From the NCBI GenBank assembly GCA_902770635.1, contig CACXTX010000030.1, positions 2,467-66,466 on the forward strand: a stretch of DNA of 64,000 bases. The letters run 5' to 3'. Positions 1 through 11,215 of the stretch are shown here, piece after piece. The notes below the pieces were generated by a model. The model had not been told where the DNA came from, searched no databases, and saw only the letters and a list, made by a program, of their open reading frames with translations. The position numbers and the translations under genes were made by a program. This DNA is from an uncultured Prevotellaceae bacterium. GTDB taxonomy: Bacteria; Bacteroidota; Bacteroidia; Bacteroidales; Bacteroidaceae. How positions within the stretch are numbered: position 1 is the stretch's first letter; every line of letters begins with the position of its first letter.

Positions 1-1119
1 GTCAACAATGCGGTCGAAATGGCTCTCTTCCTTGATAATCAGCTGCTGGTTGCGGGCGATACGCTCAGAGAAGTCAGTAGCCTCCTCGTAAGGTGCATCG
101 AACGGAGTAACCACCATCGAGTGAACACTACCCAAAGCAGCACTCATAGCCTCGGTCTGCGAACGGAGCAGGTTGACATAACTGTCGAACAGCGTCTGAT
201 TATAAGTAGAGGTGGTAGCGTTGATAATCATCTTGCAAGCGCAATCGCACTTTGGCTCATACTGCTTCACAATCTGAGCCCACAACAGACGGGCGGCACG
301 GAACTTGGCAATCTCCATAAAGTAGTTCTCGCTAACGCCCATGTTGAACTTAATGCTCTTAGCTGCTGTATCAACATCAACGCCTGCATCGGTGAGCTGC
401 TGCAGATACTCGTTACCCCAAGCCAAAGCATAACCAAGCTCCTGCACGATATAAGCACCAGCATTGTTGAGCGCATCGGTGCTTACAGCGATACAACGGA
501 AGTTGGGATACTCCTTCAAAGTTTCTACGAGTTTAGGACCAAACTCCAGTATCGGAGTTACATCCTTGCCCTTCATCACCATCTTGGCCATGGGGTCGAA
601 CTCGATAGAACCTACTACCTTCTCCTTGTCGTAACCTTTCTTCTGGAAGAAATCAACCAAGATCTCAGCAAGTTCAACAGCATGCTTAGGACACGTAGCA
701 AAGTTAACTTCGATGATGTCGCAGAAGATGCCATCGAGCAAAGCCTCAACAGTATCCTTTGATACCAGTTTTCCTGGAATCTTGAAGCCCAGCGAGTCGA
801 TACCCTTATTCAGGATGTCGAGTGCCTTCGCATTGGCAGCCTTGGGATCGTCAACGACGATGTTCTGCCGCACATACCACTCGTTTGAGTCTTTTTTGTT
901 GCCTCGTACAAACGGGAACTCGCCCGGAAGGGCATCAGGTGTTTTCAAATTCGCCAAGTCTTCACGGCGATAGAAGGGCTGTACATTAAAGCCCTCATTG
1001 GTTCTCCATACGAGTCGCTTCTGGAAGTCGGCACCTTTCAGGTCAACCTCAATCTTGTCAAGCCACTCCTGCTTGGTGGGGGCTTGGAACTCGCTGAAGA
1101 GTTTTTCTTTGTTTGCCAT
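1..1119 (-). CDS. mutA: Methylmalonyl-CoA mutase small subunit (partial; 3' end runs off the window)
   Basis: Not in the ORF track. Manual translation from ATG at 1119 gives MANKEKLFSEFQAPTKQEWLDKIEVDLKGADFQKRLVWRTNEGFNVQPFYRRED...EIAKFRAARLLWAQIV...KEESHFDRIVD, open to position 1. TATCTTTG promoter box at 1175-1182. Confidence 0.92.
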   Translation of the reverse strand, partial: MANKEKLFSEFQAPTKQEWLDKIEVDLKGADFQKRLVWRTNEGFNVQPFYRREDLANLKTPDALPGEFPFVRGNKKDSNEWYVRQNIVVDDPKAANAKALDILNKGIDSLGFKIPGKLVSKDTVEALLDGIFCDIIEVNFATCPKHAVELAEILVDFFQKKGYDKEKVVGSIEFDPMAKMVMKGKDVTPILEFGPKLVETLKEYPNFRCIAVSTDALNNAGAYIVQELGYALAWGNEYLQQLTDAGVDVDTAAKSIKFNMGVSENYFMEIAKFRAARLLWAQIVKQYEPKCDCACKMIINATTSTYNQTLFDSYVNLLRSQTEAMSAALGSVHSMVVTPFDAPYEEATDFSERIARNQQLIIKEESHFDRIVD

Positions 1120-1307
1120 AAATTTAAATCAGTATTATTATAATAAGTGTTTTAAGTTACGAATTAACGATTTGCAAAGATAAGCAATATTTCTGAAATG
1201 ACGAAGGATTTAATAAATATTTCATTTTTACGAAAAATAGTTGCACAAAAATGCTTGTATTGTGCGGTTTTTTAGTAACTTTGCACAAATTTTCTACATA
1301 GTATATT

Positions 1308-2999
1308 ATGGAAACGTTTCAATGGTTGACTAATTTATTTACAACTACAGACTCTGTAGCACACATAGCATTGCTTTATGCTATGGTGATTGCCGTAGGT
1401 GTGTATTTGGGAAAAATTAAGATTGGAGGTATCTCTTTAGGTGTTACCTTTGTGTTGTTTGCAGGTATCGTAGCTGGGCACATCGGCTTAACTGCCCCCA
1501 CCCCTATCTTAACATTCGTACAGGATTTCGGACTGATTCTGTTCGTCTTCATGATTGGTATGCAGGTAGGTCCTGGCTTCTTTGAAAGCTTCGGCACCCA
1601 GGGCATCAAGCTCAATGGGTTGGCTGCCAGTGCCATCCTGCTGAACATCCTCGTGATGTTTGCCTGTTACTATATCTTCTTCGACACTAGTAACGTAACC
1701 AACCTGCCCATGATGGTGGGTACGCTCTATGGTGCCGTTACCAATACGCCAGGACTTGGTGCTGCCAACGAAGCATTAGGCTCCGTGTTCGACAGCAACG
1801 CCCCACAGATTGCATCAGCCTACGCCTGTGCCTATCCGTTAGGTGTGTTAGGCATTATCGGAGCTACTATATTAATTAGGTATATATGCAACGTGAAGTT
1901 GGAGAATGAAGAGGAGCGACTGAAAGCCCAAGAGGGTGTGAAGGCCAACCAAAAGCCTTATAAGATGCACTTGGAGGTGACCAACCAATACTTGGAGGGC
2001 AAGACCTTGTTGCAGGTGCACGACTTCCTGAATCGCGACTTCGTAGTATCACGACTGGTTCATGAGGGCGAGGTATGCATCCCTAACCGTAATACTTTGT
2101 TCCATGTGGGTGACCAGATGTTAATTGTTTGTGCCGAGGCCGACCATGAAGCTATTACAGCCTTCATCGGACCTAAGATTGATGTTGATTTTGAACAGCA
2201 AGACCAACCTATGATTTCCAAAGGTATCCTAATTACCAATCCGAAAATCAATGGAAAAACGCTGGCCTCGATGCATTTCTCAAGCGTACATGGTGTCAAC
2301 GTGACTCGTGTCACCCGTCATGGCATCGACCTCTTTGCCTCTGCCAGTCTTCCTCTGCAGGTGGGCGATAAGATTCGAGTGGTAGGTCCTGAGGATGCTG
2401 TCAACCGTGTGACCAACCTGATGGGTAACTCTTCGCGCAAACTAAACACACCCAACATTGCCACTATCTTCGTGGGAATCTTCCTGGGACTGATCTTCGG
2501 TTCACTGCCTATTGCCATTCCTGGCATGCCTGTTCCTGTGAAATTAGGTTTGGCTGGAGGTCCGTTGATTATTGCCATCCTGATTGGCCGCTATGGTTAT
2601 AAGATTCACCTAGTAACCTATACAACGACCTCAGCCAACATGATGATGCGCGAGATAGGACTAGTGCTATTCCTTGCTTCCGTAGGTATCAAAGCTGGCT
2701 CTACGTTCTTCTCCACGGTTGTTGAGGGCGATGGACTGCTCTATGTACTGACAGGTTTCTTCATCACTATCATCCCCATCCTCATCGTTGGTCCAATAGC
2801 ACGCATGAAGTTTAAATTCAACTACTTCACTATCGCAGGTATGATAGCTGGTACCTATACAGACCCCCCTGCCCTGGCCTATGCCAACAGCATCTGTTCG
2901 AAAGAGGCTCCTGCTTTGGGATATTCAACGGTCTATCCGCTTTCCATGTTCCTGCGCATTTTCACAGCTCAGATTGTGGTACTCTTCTTCTGCGGATAA
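1308..2999 (+). CDS. AspT/YidE/YbjL family transporter with two TrkA-C domains
   Basis: 563 aa with duplicated membrane domains ([12 protein letters not shown] and [12 protein letters not shown] motifs) flanking a soluble central region. Confidence 0.88.
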   Translation: METFQWLTNLFTTTDSVAHIALLYAMVIAVGVYLGKIKIGGISLGVTFVLFAGIVAGHIGLTAPTPILTFVQDFGLILFVFMIGMQVGPGFFESFGTQGIKLNGLAASAILLNILVMFACYYIFFDTSNVTNLPMMVGTLYGAVTNTPGLGAANEALGSVFDSNAPQIASAYACAYPLGVLGIIGATILIRYICNVKLENEEERLKAQEGVKANQKPYKMHLEVTNQYLEGKTLLQVHDFLNRDFVVSRLVHEGEVCIPNRNTLFHVGDQMLIVCAEADHEAITAFIGPKIDVDFEQQDQPMISKGILITNPKINGKTLASMHFSSVHGVNVTRVTRHGIDLFASASLPLQVGDKIRVVGPEDAVNRVTNLMGNSSRKLNTPNIATIFVGIFLGLIFGSLPIAIPGMPVPVKLGLAGGPLIIAILIGRYGYKIHLVTYTTTSANMMMREIGLVLFLASVGIKAGSTFFSTVVEGDGLLYVLTGFFITIIPILIVGPIARMKFKFNYFTIAGMIAGTYTDPPALAYANSICSKEAPALGYSTVYPLSMFLRIFTAQIVVLFFCG

Positions 3000-3042
3000 G
3001 GCTTAAAAATTAAAGAATATAATAATACACAATAGCAACGCA

Positions 3043-4080
3043 ATGAACAAATTCGGATTACTGATTGGTATCATGCTGATGGGAGCGACCCCGAAGATGT
3101 TTGCCCAAATGGACAGAAGCATCAAGCTGAACGAGGTCATGACCAACAATGTTACCAGTCTTCAGGACGAATACGGAAAGCACGAAGCATGGTTGGAGAT
3201 TGAAAACAACTCATACTCTACCTACAACATCCGTGGAATGTATATTACCACAGACCGTTCCGTATTAGACCGCAACATGAGTGTGCCTGAGCGTATCAAG
3301 CGAATGAGCATCATCCCTAATGGCGATGAGCGCACCAGCCTGAGCGGACAACAGCACCTGGTTCTTTTCCTTAACAGTCAGCCCCATCTGGGCTCTCTGC
3401 ATCTCACTGCCTTTGTTGATGCCACCCAACCCGTATGGATAGCACTCTACAATGGAAATGCCACTCAGTTGATAGACTCCATCACGGTGCCCGTACTGGG
3501 ACAAGACCAGTCGTTTGCCCGAATAGCTAACAACGGAACAGCAAAGGATTGGGAGGTTAAGTCGGCAGACCGTGTGACTCCTGGCATTGCCAATGTGACC
3601 ACCGTAAGCGAGTCGAAGGTGGACAAGTTCAAGCGCGAAGACCCCTATGGATTCGGCATGGCTCTGATGGCTATGGGTATTGTATTTTTCTGTCTGGCTT
3701 TGCTGTGGATTACCTTTACACTGTTCGGCATGCTGATGCGACACATGGACACTGCCAAGATGGTGGCTAACAAACAACCTATCAAGCCTATTACTAAAAC
3801 AGTGGAGAAGACGATGGAGGTTGGCCATAAGACGGGTGTCATCCTGAAAGAAGGTCTTAACACGAAAGGTATTGATCGCGAAGTTTACATGGCTGTTATC
3901 GGTCTGGCTCTGCGCCAATATGAAGATGATATTCACGACGTGGAGAGTGGTATCATCACCATCAAACCGAAGGATACGGGCTGGGATGACGAGTACAGCC
4001 AGATGACTCATCTGCATGAGGCATTCATCCCTACAAAGCCTACTACTCCCAACATTCCCAAAACACCAGAACTGCACTAA
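3043..4080 (+). CDS. OadG-family decarboxylase gamma/delta subunit with N-terminal lamin-tail-like domain
   Basis: Signal peptide, LTD-like start (IKLNEVMTNN...WLEIEN), one TM helix, and C-terminal AVIGLAL...HDVESGIITI motif. Sits directly upstream of the biotin carrier and beta subunit genes. Confidence 0.8.
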   Translation: MNKFGLLIGIMLMGATPKMFAQMDRSIKLNEVMTNNVTSLQDEYGKHEAWLEIENNSYSTYNIRGMYITTDRSVLDRNMSVPERIKRMSIIPNGDERTSLSGQQHLVLFLNSQPHLGSLHLTAFVDATQPVWIALYNGNATQLIDSITVPVLGQDQSFARIANNGTAKDWEVKSADRVTPGIANVTTVSESKVDKFKREDPYGFGMALMAMGIVFFCLALLWITFTLFGMLMRHMDTAKMVANKQPIKPITKTVEKTMEVGHKTGVILKEGLNTKGIDREVYMAVIGLALRQYEDDIHDVESGIITIKPKDTGWDDEYSQMTHLHEAFIPTKPTTPNIPKTPELH

Positions 4081-4111
4081 ACAGTCGAATCACTAAAAAC
4101 AGAAAGTAACA

Positions 4112-4597
4112 ATGAAAACATATCAATATAAAGTACAAGGCGTAGACTACGAAGTAGAAATCGTAGAAGTTGAAGGAAAAATCGCCAGAGTAAACGTAAA
4201 CGGCATCCCATTTGAGATTGAGATGCAGAAGCCCATTAATGCTGCCAAGCACCCCGTGCTGGCTGCTACGAAAAGAACAGCACCTGTGGCAGCTGCACCC
4301 GTAACACCTGTTGCGCCCACTGCTGCTGTTCAGTCTACTGCCGTTCAGTCGAAACCCACACAACCTGCCGCAGCAGCTGGGGCTGGCACTCCCGTCAAGG
4401 CACCACTGCCTGGCACGATCAATGCCATCAACGTGAAGGTGGGCGATACCGTTGCTGTAGGTGACGTTGTTATTGTATTGGAGGCCATGAAGATGCAGAA
4501 CAACATTGAGGCAGAGAATGCCGGTACTGTTACCTCTATCCTTGTTCAACAAGGCGACTCTGTCATGGAGGGTGCTGTGATGCTGACTATTGGATAA
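4112..4597 (+). CDS. Biotin carboxyl carrier protein of Na+-translocating decarboxylase
   Basis: EAMKM biotinylation motif, Ala/Pro-rich linker, APLPG motif. Confidence 0.93.
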   Translation: MKTYQYKVQGVDYEVEIVEVEGKIARVNVNGIPFEIEMQKPINAAKHPVLAATKRTAPVAAAPVTPVAPTAAVQSTAVQSKPTQPAAAAGAGTPVKAPLPGTINAINVKVGDTVAVGDVVIVLEAMKMQNNIEAENAGTVTSILVQQGDSVMEGAVMLTIG

Positions 4598-4619
4598 TAT
4601 AGAAACATCGTAAAAAGTT

Positions 4620-5771
4620 ATGTGGCAATTTATCGTAGAAAACTTCAATGAGTTCCTGACGTACACAGGCTTTGCCAACGTATCAGCAGGTAACCTCATC
4701 ATGATAGTTGTGGGTGCTTTCTTTATATGGCTAGCCATCAAGAAAGACTTTGAGCCCTTGCTGCTCATTCCCATTGGATTGGGCATTATTTTAGGTAACA
4801 TTCCCTTCCGTGCTGACGCAGGACTGGAAATTGGTCTCTATGAGGACAATTCTGTGCTGAACATCTTCTATCAAGGTGTGAGACAAGGTTGGTATCCGCC
4901 CCTTATCTTCTTGGGCATTGGTGCCATGACAGACTTCTCAGCCCTACTGGCTAATCCGAAATTGATGTTGATTGGTGCAGCTGCCCAGTTTGGTATCTTT
5001 GGTGCCTATATGTTTGCGCTGGCCTTAGGCTTTGAGCCCAATCAGGCTGCCGGTATCGCCATCATTGGCGGTGCCGATGGTCCTACGGCCATCTTCCTCA
5101 GTTCCAAGTTGTCACCCAACCTGATGGGTGCTATCGCAGTATGTGCCTACTCATACATGGCACTGGTACCGCTTATTCAACCACCATTGATGCGACTGCT
5201 GACTACCAAAAAGGAGCGTCTCATTAAGATGAAGCCTGCCCGTGAAGTTAGCCAGACGGAGCGTATCCTCTTCCCCATTGTAGGATTACTGCTCACAACA
5301 TTCATCGTACCATCAGGCCTTCCCTTGCTGGGTATGCTGTTTTTCGGAAACCTGTTGAAGGAAAGTGGTAAGACCACTCGTCTGGCTAAGACTGCCGGTG
5401 CTGCGCTGAACGACATCGTAGTCATGCTGTTGGGCTTGACAGTAGGTTGCTCTACACAGGCCTCAGAGTTCCTGACCATGAACACCATCTATATCTTTGC
5501 CATTGGTGCTGGCGCCTTTATTATCGCAACCATGAGTGGTGTTTGCTTTGTCAAGCTCATGAACCTGTTCCTGCCCAAAGACAAGAAACTGAATCCGTTA
5601 ATTGGTAATGCGGGTGTAAGTGCAGTTCCCATGGCAGCGAGAATATCTAACAACTTAGGACTGGAATACGATCGCCACAATTTCCTACTCATGCACGCCA
5701 TGGGTCCCAATGTGGCCGGTGTCATCGGTTCTGCTGTGGCAGCAGGTGCTCTCCTTGGCTTCCTGTCGTAA
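4620..5771 (+). CDS. Sodium ion-translocating decarboxylase subunit beta (OadB/MmdB family)
   Basis: IIGGADGPTAI, GVSAVPMAAR and HAMGPNVAGVIGSA motifs; polytopic membrane protein. Confidence 0.95.
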   Translation: MWQFIVENFNEFLTYTGFANVSAGNLIMIVVGAFFIWLAIKKDFEPLLLIPIGLGIILGNIPFRADAGLEIGLYEDNSVLNIFYQGVRQGWYPPLIFLGIGAMTDFSALLANPKLMLIGAAAQFGIFGAYMFALALGFEPNQAAGIAIIGGADGPTAIFLSSKLSPNLMGAIAVCAYSYMALVPLIQPPLMRLLTTKKERLIKMKPAREVSQTERILFPIVGLLLTTFIVPSGLPLLGMLFFGNLLKESGKTTRLAKTAGAALNDIVVMLLGLTVGCSTQASEFLTMNTIYIFAIGAGAFIIATMSGVCFVKLMNLFLPKDKKLNPLIGNAGVSAVPMAARISNNLGLEYDRHNFLLMHAMGPNVAGVIGSAVAAGALLGFLS

Positions 5772-5780
5772 CATCACACT

Positions 5781-6698
5781 ATGAGGAAATTCTGTGATTT
5801 CATAGCTCGTTGGATAGGGGTATTGGTACTGGTGATGGCCCTTGTTGCCCTTCAGTTTCCTGCACCACTGGGAGCTATTGACACTTGGTATATCAATCCC
5901 ATGCTTGGACTTATTATGTTCGGCATGGGATTGACGCTTTCTGCAAAAGATTTTCGTGTAGTTCTCAGTCGCCCTAAGGATATACTTCTGGGATGTCTGG
6001 CCCAGTTCACCATCATGCCCTTCATGGCATGGCTGCTATCACAGATTTTCTCACTCCCCAAAGAATTAACATTAGGTATGATTCTCGTAGGCTGTTGTCC
6101 TGGTGGAACTGCCTCTAATGTCATTACCTTTCTGGCACGTGGTGACCTTGCCCTTAGTGTAGGCATGACAGCCACCTCTACACTGCTTGCACCCGTTCTG
6201 ACCCCTCTGCTGGTTTGGTTGCTTGCTGGCACTATGGTTAATGTGGACACCATAGGTATGCTTCTTAGCATAGTCTATGTAGTTATTGCCCCTATTGTAA
6301 TAGGGCTTCTTTGCCAGCGCCATCTTCCCACCCTTACCCGTCGAATGGTTCCCTATCTGCCTGCTTTTTCCTCCATCATGATTACCCTTACGGTGGGTAT
6401 CGTTGTCTCACATACCTCCGACAAACTGTTAGCTGGTGGATTCATCGTGATTCTTGCGGTCATGCTCCACAATCTCAGTGGTTTAGCTTTTGGCTATACA
6501 TTAGGCAAACTGCTTCACCTCTCACGTGAGAAGTGTATTGCTGTCAGCATTGAGGTGGGCATGCAAAACTCAGGATTAGCCTCTAGTTTGGCCGTGTTAC
6601 ACTTCGCAGCCTTTCCTCTTGCCACCATTCCAGGAGCCATCTTCAGCGTATGGCATAACATCAGTGGTGCATTGGTTGCCAAGTGGTACACCAAATAA
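5781..6698 (+). CDS. Bile acid:sodium symporter (BASS) family transporter
   Basis: GCCPGGTASNV and SIEVGMQNSGLA motifs. Confidence 0.92.
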   Translation: MRKFCDFIARWIGVLVLVMALVALQFPAPLGAIDTWYINPMLGLIMFGMGLTLSAKDFRVVLSRPKDILLGCLAQFTIMPFMAWLLSQIFSLPKELTLGMILVGCCPGGTASNVITFLARGDLALSVGMTATSTLLAPVLTPLLVWLLAGTMVNVDTIGMLLSIVYVVIAPIVIGLLCQRHLPTLTRRMVPYLPAFSSIMITLTVGIVVSHTSDKLLAGGFIVILAVMLHNLSGLAFGYTLGKLLHLSREKCIAVSIEVGMQNSGLASSLAVLHFAAFPLATIPGAIFSVWHNISGALVAKWYTK

Positions 6699-6723
6699 AC
6701 TGTCGTTCTAAAAAGAAAGTATT

Positions 6724-7716
6724 CTATTCATTCACTGTACCACAATGAGGACAAGTCCCTTTGTGGCGAAGAGGCTTTCCACAATGTCCACAATGGTATG
6801 GGAAATGAGTAATGCGGAAATAGACGTGAAGGGCAAAATAGATATAGACTACAAGCAGGAGATAGCCTATATAATATAGGGTGGTAATACTGAATACAAC
6901 ATAATTGACAGCACAAACAGCGACAAGACCAATGAGATAAAAAAGGGCATCGGCAGTAGGCAAACGACGTACCGTCTCATCAAAGGCAGCAATACCGACA
7001 ATAATCATAGTCCACACGGAGGCTATAAAAATACCAAGATGCCACGGAAGAGCAAAGGGATTGAGCGAAGGATGATAGTAGAAATGCCGCCATGACTCTG
7101 CTCCAAACATCTGAATACTTGCATAAAGAGTAGCAGAAAAAGCAATCAACAGACAAAGAAGTGTAGGATAAGGTGTATCTATATCGTGAAAATGTACAAT
7201 ATAGGCATTGCGACGAAGCAATCGACGCATGGCATAAAGACCGGCTGCTACGACACAAAGTCCCATGAAAACCAGAAGATGGTTATTGGTGAACAAGTCG
7301 ATAAACTGGGAGATTGGATCATCAGGAGAGACGCCTTCCAACAATTCACTCTCGCGAATCCATCCCTGCGTTATTTGGTCACGGGCCACCTTAACCCAAA
7401 CGGAATCTATCGTATCAGTAGGTACCGTTTCAATGTCCGCAACAACAATTCGCTCACCACGAACTACATATAGGGTATCGAAAGCCATATCAGGCAATGC
7501 ATCAGCCAAAGGAAGCTGAGAAGCATTGACAACAAAATTGTAGTTTTGCGAATAATGGTGAGTGGTAGAGAAAGATATGGAGTCTATCTGCTGCTTTGTC
7601 AAGTCCCAAGCATCAGGAGTCTGCTGACCATGATTATAGCAGGAAACAAAAAGAAGCGACAGCCATAAGAAGCTGACAATCCGAATAACGCTATTATAAT
7701 AATTCCTACTCTGCAT
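6724..7716 (-). CDS. Conserved membrane protein with C-terminal zinc ribbon (start uncertain, 7716 or 7722)
   Basis: Lipoprotein-like N-terminus (LLFVSC), several TM helices, C-terminal CGHCG...CPHCG. Confidence 0.7.
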   Translation of the reverse strand: MQSRNYYNSVIRIVSFLWLSLLFVSCYNHGQQTPDAWDLTKQQIDSISFSTTHHYSQNYNFVVNASQLPLADALPDMAFDTLYVVRGERIVVADIETVPTDTIDSVWVKVARDQITQGWIRESELLEGVSPDDPISQFIDLFTNNHLLVFMGLCVVAAGLYAMRRLLRRNAYIVHFHDIDTPYPTLLCLLIAFSATLYASIQMFGAESWRHFYYHPSLNPFALPWHLGIFIASVWTMIIVGIAAFDETVRRLPTADALFYLIGLVAVCAVNYVVFSITTLYYIGYLLLVVYIYFALHVYFRITHFPYHCGHCGKPLRHKGTCPHCGTVNE

Positions 7717-9535
7717 AGACATTCATTTGACAATGACGACAATCAAATTCCAAACGGAAACGACGTCCATCTCCTAACCGCAAATAAAGCGGTTCTGACC
7801 ATTGGGGAGTACATCCCCCATGTTTGACACAATAGCCCAATGCATATCGCAAACAATGACGGCATTGCATAAGCAATCCACGACGCGGTGGCTGCAATTC
7901 AAAAGCGGGCTCTATCTGTTTCAATCCATGAACTTCATAGAAAGTACGTGCCTCCCGATTGGCAATGTTATATAGATAACCATAAGCATAGGTAGGAAGA
8001 TTAATAGAATTAGAATTAATAGTAGAACAAGAAACACTAGAGGAACCAGTATCTACACTAAGGACAGCCTCTACCCACTGATGACGAAGATCAGCCAACA
8101 AGCTACTGGGAATAAAATAGTTAAAGCCAGCAGGAAGGTCAACCCCACTGCATTCGAAAGGTGTTCCACCTAAACGGGACAATTGGCGTAGAATATTCTC
8201 CTGCTGTGGTTTTTCTGCTACCTGGTGTTCACAAGCAATGCTGACCTGACAACCTTCTGCACTCAGAGCAAAACCATCAGGAATAACCGTGAGAGAAAAA
8301 CTGACAGGAATCTTACGGGAACTGCTAGAGCGAGAGAGCAAACGTTCAAACTCTTGATCGTTATTTCGATATAACGCCATGCCTCGTTGTAAAGTGCGTG
8401 GCATCTGCTGAGGGAAAAGTCGGTTACCTTGTGCTCTGTTAACACGGAACCCCTGCAACTCTCGATTCGCATCAATATAACACAATCCATCTCCATTAGC
8501 AAAAGAGGCTGTTCCTGCCACATTAAAGGAGTCACGGCGTATTTCCTTTACCGTTCCTACAAATTCGCCCATAGCCTTGGGTGTATCTGGTGAGAAAATA
8601 TCAGGCTGACGACCATGCAGGAAATAGGTTGTAAAACCACGATTGAACGTCTTTCGCAAATTGGGAGTAAAACTATAAGTACAATGACCCTTGGAGGCTC
8701 GTTGATAGGTCTCAGGATGCTTCGCAATAAAAGCGTCTAGCTGCTGACTATAAGCTGCCACCACATTCTTGACATAGTTCACATCCTTCAACCGACCTTC
8801 TATCTTGAAGGAAGTAGCACCAGCAAGAATGAGCTCATCAACATGGTCCAACTGGTTCAAATCCTTCAATGACAACAAGTGGCGCTGATGTTCCAACTCC
8901 TGACCATTAGCATCCAGCAAATCAAACTTCATTCGACAAAACTGGGCACATGCTCCACGATTGGCTGAACGTGAGAAACAATGCTGAGAAGCATAGCAAA
9001 GACCACTATAACTGACACACAAGGCACCATGTACAAACACCTCTAACTCGACATCGGGTACCTCACGATGTATTTCAGCAATTTCCTCTGCTGATAACTC
9101 ACGTGCTAAAACAACACGACGGAAGCCCAAAGAGCGTAACCATCGAACTTTCTCAGGTGTCCGGTTGTCTGTCTGAGTGGAGGCATGAAGAGAAAGAGAG
9201 GACGATAGTTCTGGAATAGAAGACGTAAAGGAGAGAAGACCCATGTCTTGAATGAGGATAGCATCTACCCTAGCCTCTGCCAACTCACGTATGAGCGCAC
9301 CAGTTGCTTCCATCTCAGAATCATAAATGATGGTATTGACAGTAACATAAATGCGGGCACCATACTGATGGGCATATTGGCACAACTGACGAATATCGTC
9401 GACACTATTGCCAACAGCAGCACGAGCTCCAAAACGGGGAGCCCCAATATAGACAGCATCGGCACCATGGTCGATTGCAGCTATTCCACACTCAAGATTC
9501 TTGGCAGGTGCCAATAGCTCAAGACTCGTCATCAC
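7706..9535 (-). CDS. rlhA: U32-family protein, probable 23S rRNA 5-hydroxycytidine synthase
   Basis: LELLAPA, GADAVYIG, EVFVHGALCVSYSGLC, NRGACAQFCR and FKIEGR motifs plus the long C-terminal extension. Confidence 0.85.
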   Translation of the reverse strand: MMTSLELLAPAKNLECGIAAIDHGADAVYIGAPRFGARAAVGNSVDDIRQLCQYAHQYGARIYVTVNTIIYDSEMEATGALIRELAEARVDAILIQDMGLLSFTSSIPELSSSLSLHASTQTDNRTPEKVRWLRSLGFRRVVLARELSAEEIAEIHREVPDVELEVFVHGALCVSYSGLCYASQHCFSRSANRGACAQFCRMKFDLLDANGQELEHQRHLLSLKDLNQLDHVDELILAGATSFKIEGRLKDVNYVKNVVAAYSQQLDAFIAKHPETYQRASKGHCTYSFTPNLRKTFNRGFTTYFLHGRQPDIFSPDTPKAMGEFVGTVKEIRRDSFNVAGTASFANGDGLCYIDANRELQGFRVNRAQGNRLFPQQMPRTLQRGMALYRNNDQEFERLLSRSSSSRKIPVSFSLTVIPDGFALSAEGCQVSIACEHQVAEKPQQENILRQLSRLGGTPFECSGVDLPAGFNYFIPSSLLADLRHQWVEAVLSVDTGSSSVSCSTINSNSINLPTYAYGYLYNIANREARTFYEVHGLKQIEPAFELQPPRRGLLMQCRHCLRYALGYCVKHGGCTPQWSEPLYLRLGDGRRFRLEFDCRHCQMNVYAE

Positions 9536-10449
9536 TCAATCTGATTGATATCGTAAGGTGTCTCTTGATAGACGTAATAATTGATCCAGTTATTATAAAG
9601 CAGATTTGCATGAGCACGCCACGTAACCATCGGATGTTGGTCTGGGTCATCATGGAAATAATAATGGCGAGGCAATTCCACATCATCACGCACATCACGA
9701 TCACGACGATACTCACGATCAAGCGTATCTGGAGCATATTCCAAATGACCAGTTATGAAGAATTCACGACCATTGCGTGCCATCACCATACTGACACCAC
9801 ACTCAGGACTCTCAGCAATGAGGGTCAGATCGGGGTTACGAAGAATGTCATCACGATGAATCTCAGTATGCCGACTATGAGGCATCTGGAATACATCGTC
9901 GAAGCCACGGAAAATAGGCAACTGTGGTTCTAAGGTCCGTTGAGGGAAAATACCAAACATCTTCTTCTGTAACGGATACTTGGGAATACCATAATGATAA
10001 TAGAGTCCTGCCTGTGCAGCCCAACATATATATAAAGTACTAGTAACATGTGTTCGAGCCCATGAGAATATTTCTCTCATCTCGTTCCAATAGGTAACAT
10101 CTTCAAATTCTAGTTGTTCCACTGGGGCACCCGTTATAATCATACCATCAAACTTCTCTTTGCGCATCTCGGCAAAATCGCGATAAAACATCATCATGTG
10201 TTCGATGGGAGTATTCTTAGGAGTATGACTCTCCAGTTTCATGAAACTGATTTCCAACTGAAGAGGGGTGTTCGAAAGCAGACGAATCAGATCCGTCTCT
10301 GTTGTAATCTTCAGAGGCATGAGGTTCAGAATGACTATCTTTAGAGGACGGATATCCTGCATATGAGCACGGGTATCATCCATCACGAAGATATTCTCAT
10401 GTTTCAACAGCTCTATGGCTGGTAATTTATCGGGTAATCTTAAAGGCAT
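9532..10449 (-). CDS. metA: Homoserine O-acyltransferase (MetA family)
   Basis: ILNLMPLKITTE, IITGAPVE, YICWAAQAGLY and FITGHLEY motifs. Confidence 0.95.
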   Translation of the reverse strand: MPLRLPDKLPAIELLKHENIFVMDDTRAHMQDIRPLKIVILNLMPLKITTETDLIRLLSNTPLQLEISFMKLESHTPKNTPIEHMMMFYRDFAEMRKEKFDGMIITGAPVEQLEFEDVTYWNEMREIFSWARTHVTSTLYICWAAQAGLYYHYGIPKYPLQKKMFGIFPQRTLEPQLPIFRGFDDVFQMPHSRHTEIHRDDILRNPDLTLIAESPECGVSMVMARNGREFFITGHLEYAPDTLDREYRRDRDVRDDVELPRHYYFHDDPDQHPMVTWRAHANLLYNNWINYYVYQETPYDINQIE

Positions 10450-10464
10450 AAATTTTGATGTGTA

Positions 10465-11211
10465 CTAGTCAATATGGAAAACGCAGGTAGAAACGTTGTC
10501 AAAGCCTCCTGCCTCAATAGCTGCCTCACAAAGCTGATTAGCCGTCTTGTTGGCTACCATTAATTCCTGTATCTCTAAATCAGTAATCATATCGTTCAGG
10601 CCATCTGAGCAAAGGAGATATGTGTCCCCAGGAAGCACATCGTCAGTAAACTCATAGAAATCAAGATAGGAATCTTTGAAGCCTGCACCAATACAGTTGG
10701 TAATCACATTGGAATGACGTTGCGAACCATCATTTTTTGTCAACGAATGGTCTTCTGACAACTGTGTCAGTTGTCCGTCACGAAGACGATAAAGACGGCT
10801 ATCACCACAGTTCAACCAATAATAGTGTTCACCATAATAAAGAACCCCCACCAAAGTAGTACCCATATCAAACTTGGAGCTATCCATCAGTCCACGGGAA
10901 TTTATCGTCTTATTAATGGAATTAAGCCACTCGACCATCATTTCATTCATTTCACCAGGCGTCAGCCCACGAGGCAAGTCATGGATAAAATACTTGAGAT
11001 TAGAAAGAGTTTCCTCACTTGCAACCTCACCGGCATTATGACCGCCCATTCCATCTGCCAGAGCAATGATAAAACGGTCGGTATTCTCCGTCATGAACTC
11101 GGTCTTATATGCGTCACTTCGCAACAATTTGTCATAAGCCAGCACCATGTCTTCGTTATTACTCCTGACACAACCTATACGGCTGGCTGCTGTTAATACT
11201 ATTCTACTCAT
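10465..11211 (-). CDS. PP2C (PPM) family Ser/Thr protein phosphatase
   Basis: RSNNED, ADGMGGH, GDSR, LCSDGL and GGFDNVS metal-binding motifs. Confidence 0.95.
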   Translation of the reverse strand: MSRIVLTAASRIGCVRSNNEDMVLAYDKLLRSDAYKTEFMTENTDRFIIALADGMGGHNAGEVASEETLSNLKYFIHDLPRGLTPGEMNEMMVEWLNSINKTINSRGLMDSSKFDMGTTLVGVLYYGEHYYWLNCGDSRLYRLRDGQLTQLSEDHSLTKNDGSQRHSNVITNCIGAGFKDSYLDFYEFTDDVLPGDTYLLCSDGLNDMITDLEIQELMVANKTANQLCEAAIEAGGFDNVSTCVFHID

Positions 11212-11215
11212 TTAT

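Noticed and set aside
19-1183. Plus-strand ORFs 19-762, 713-973 and 998-1183
   Set aside because: They are antisense shadows of the mutA frame on the minus strand, which has clear homology.
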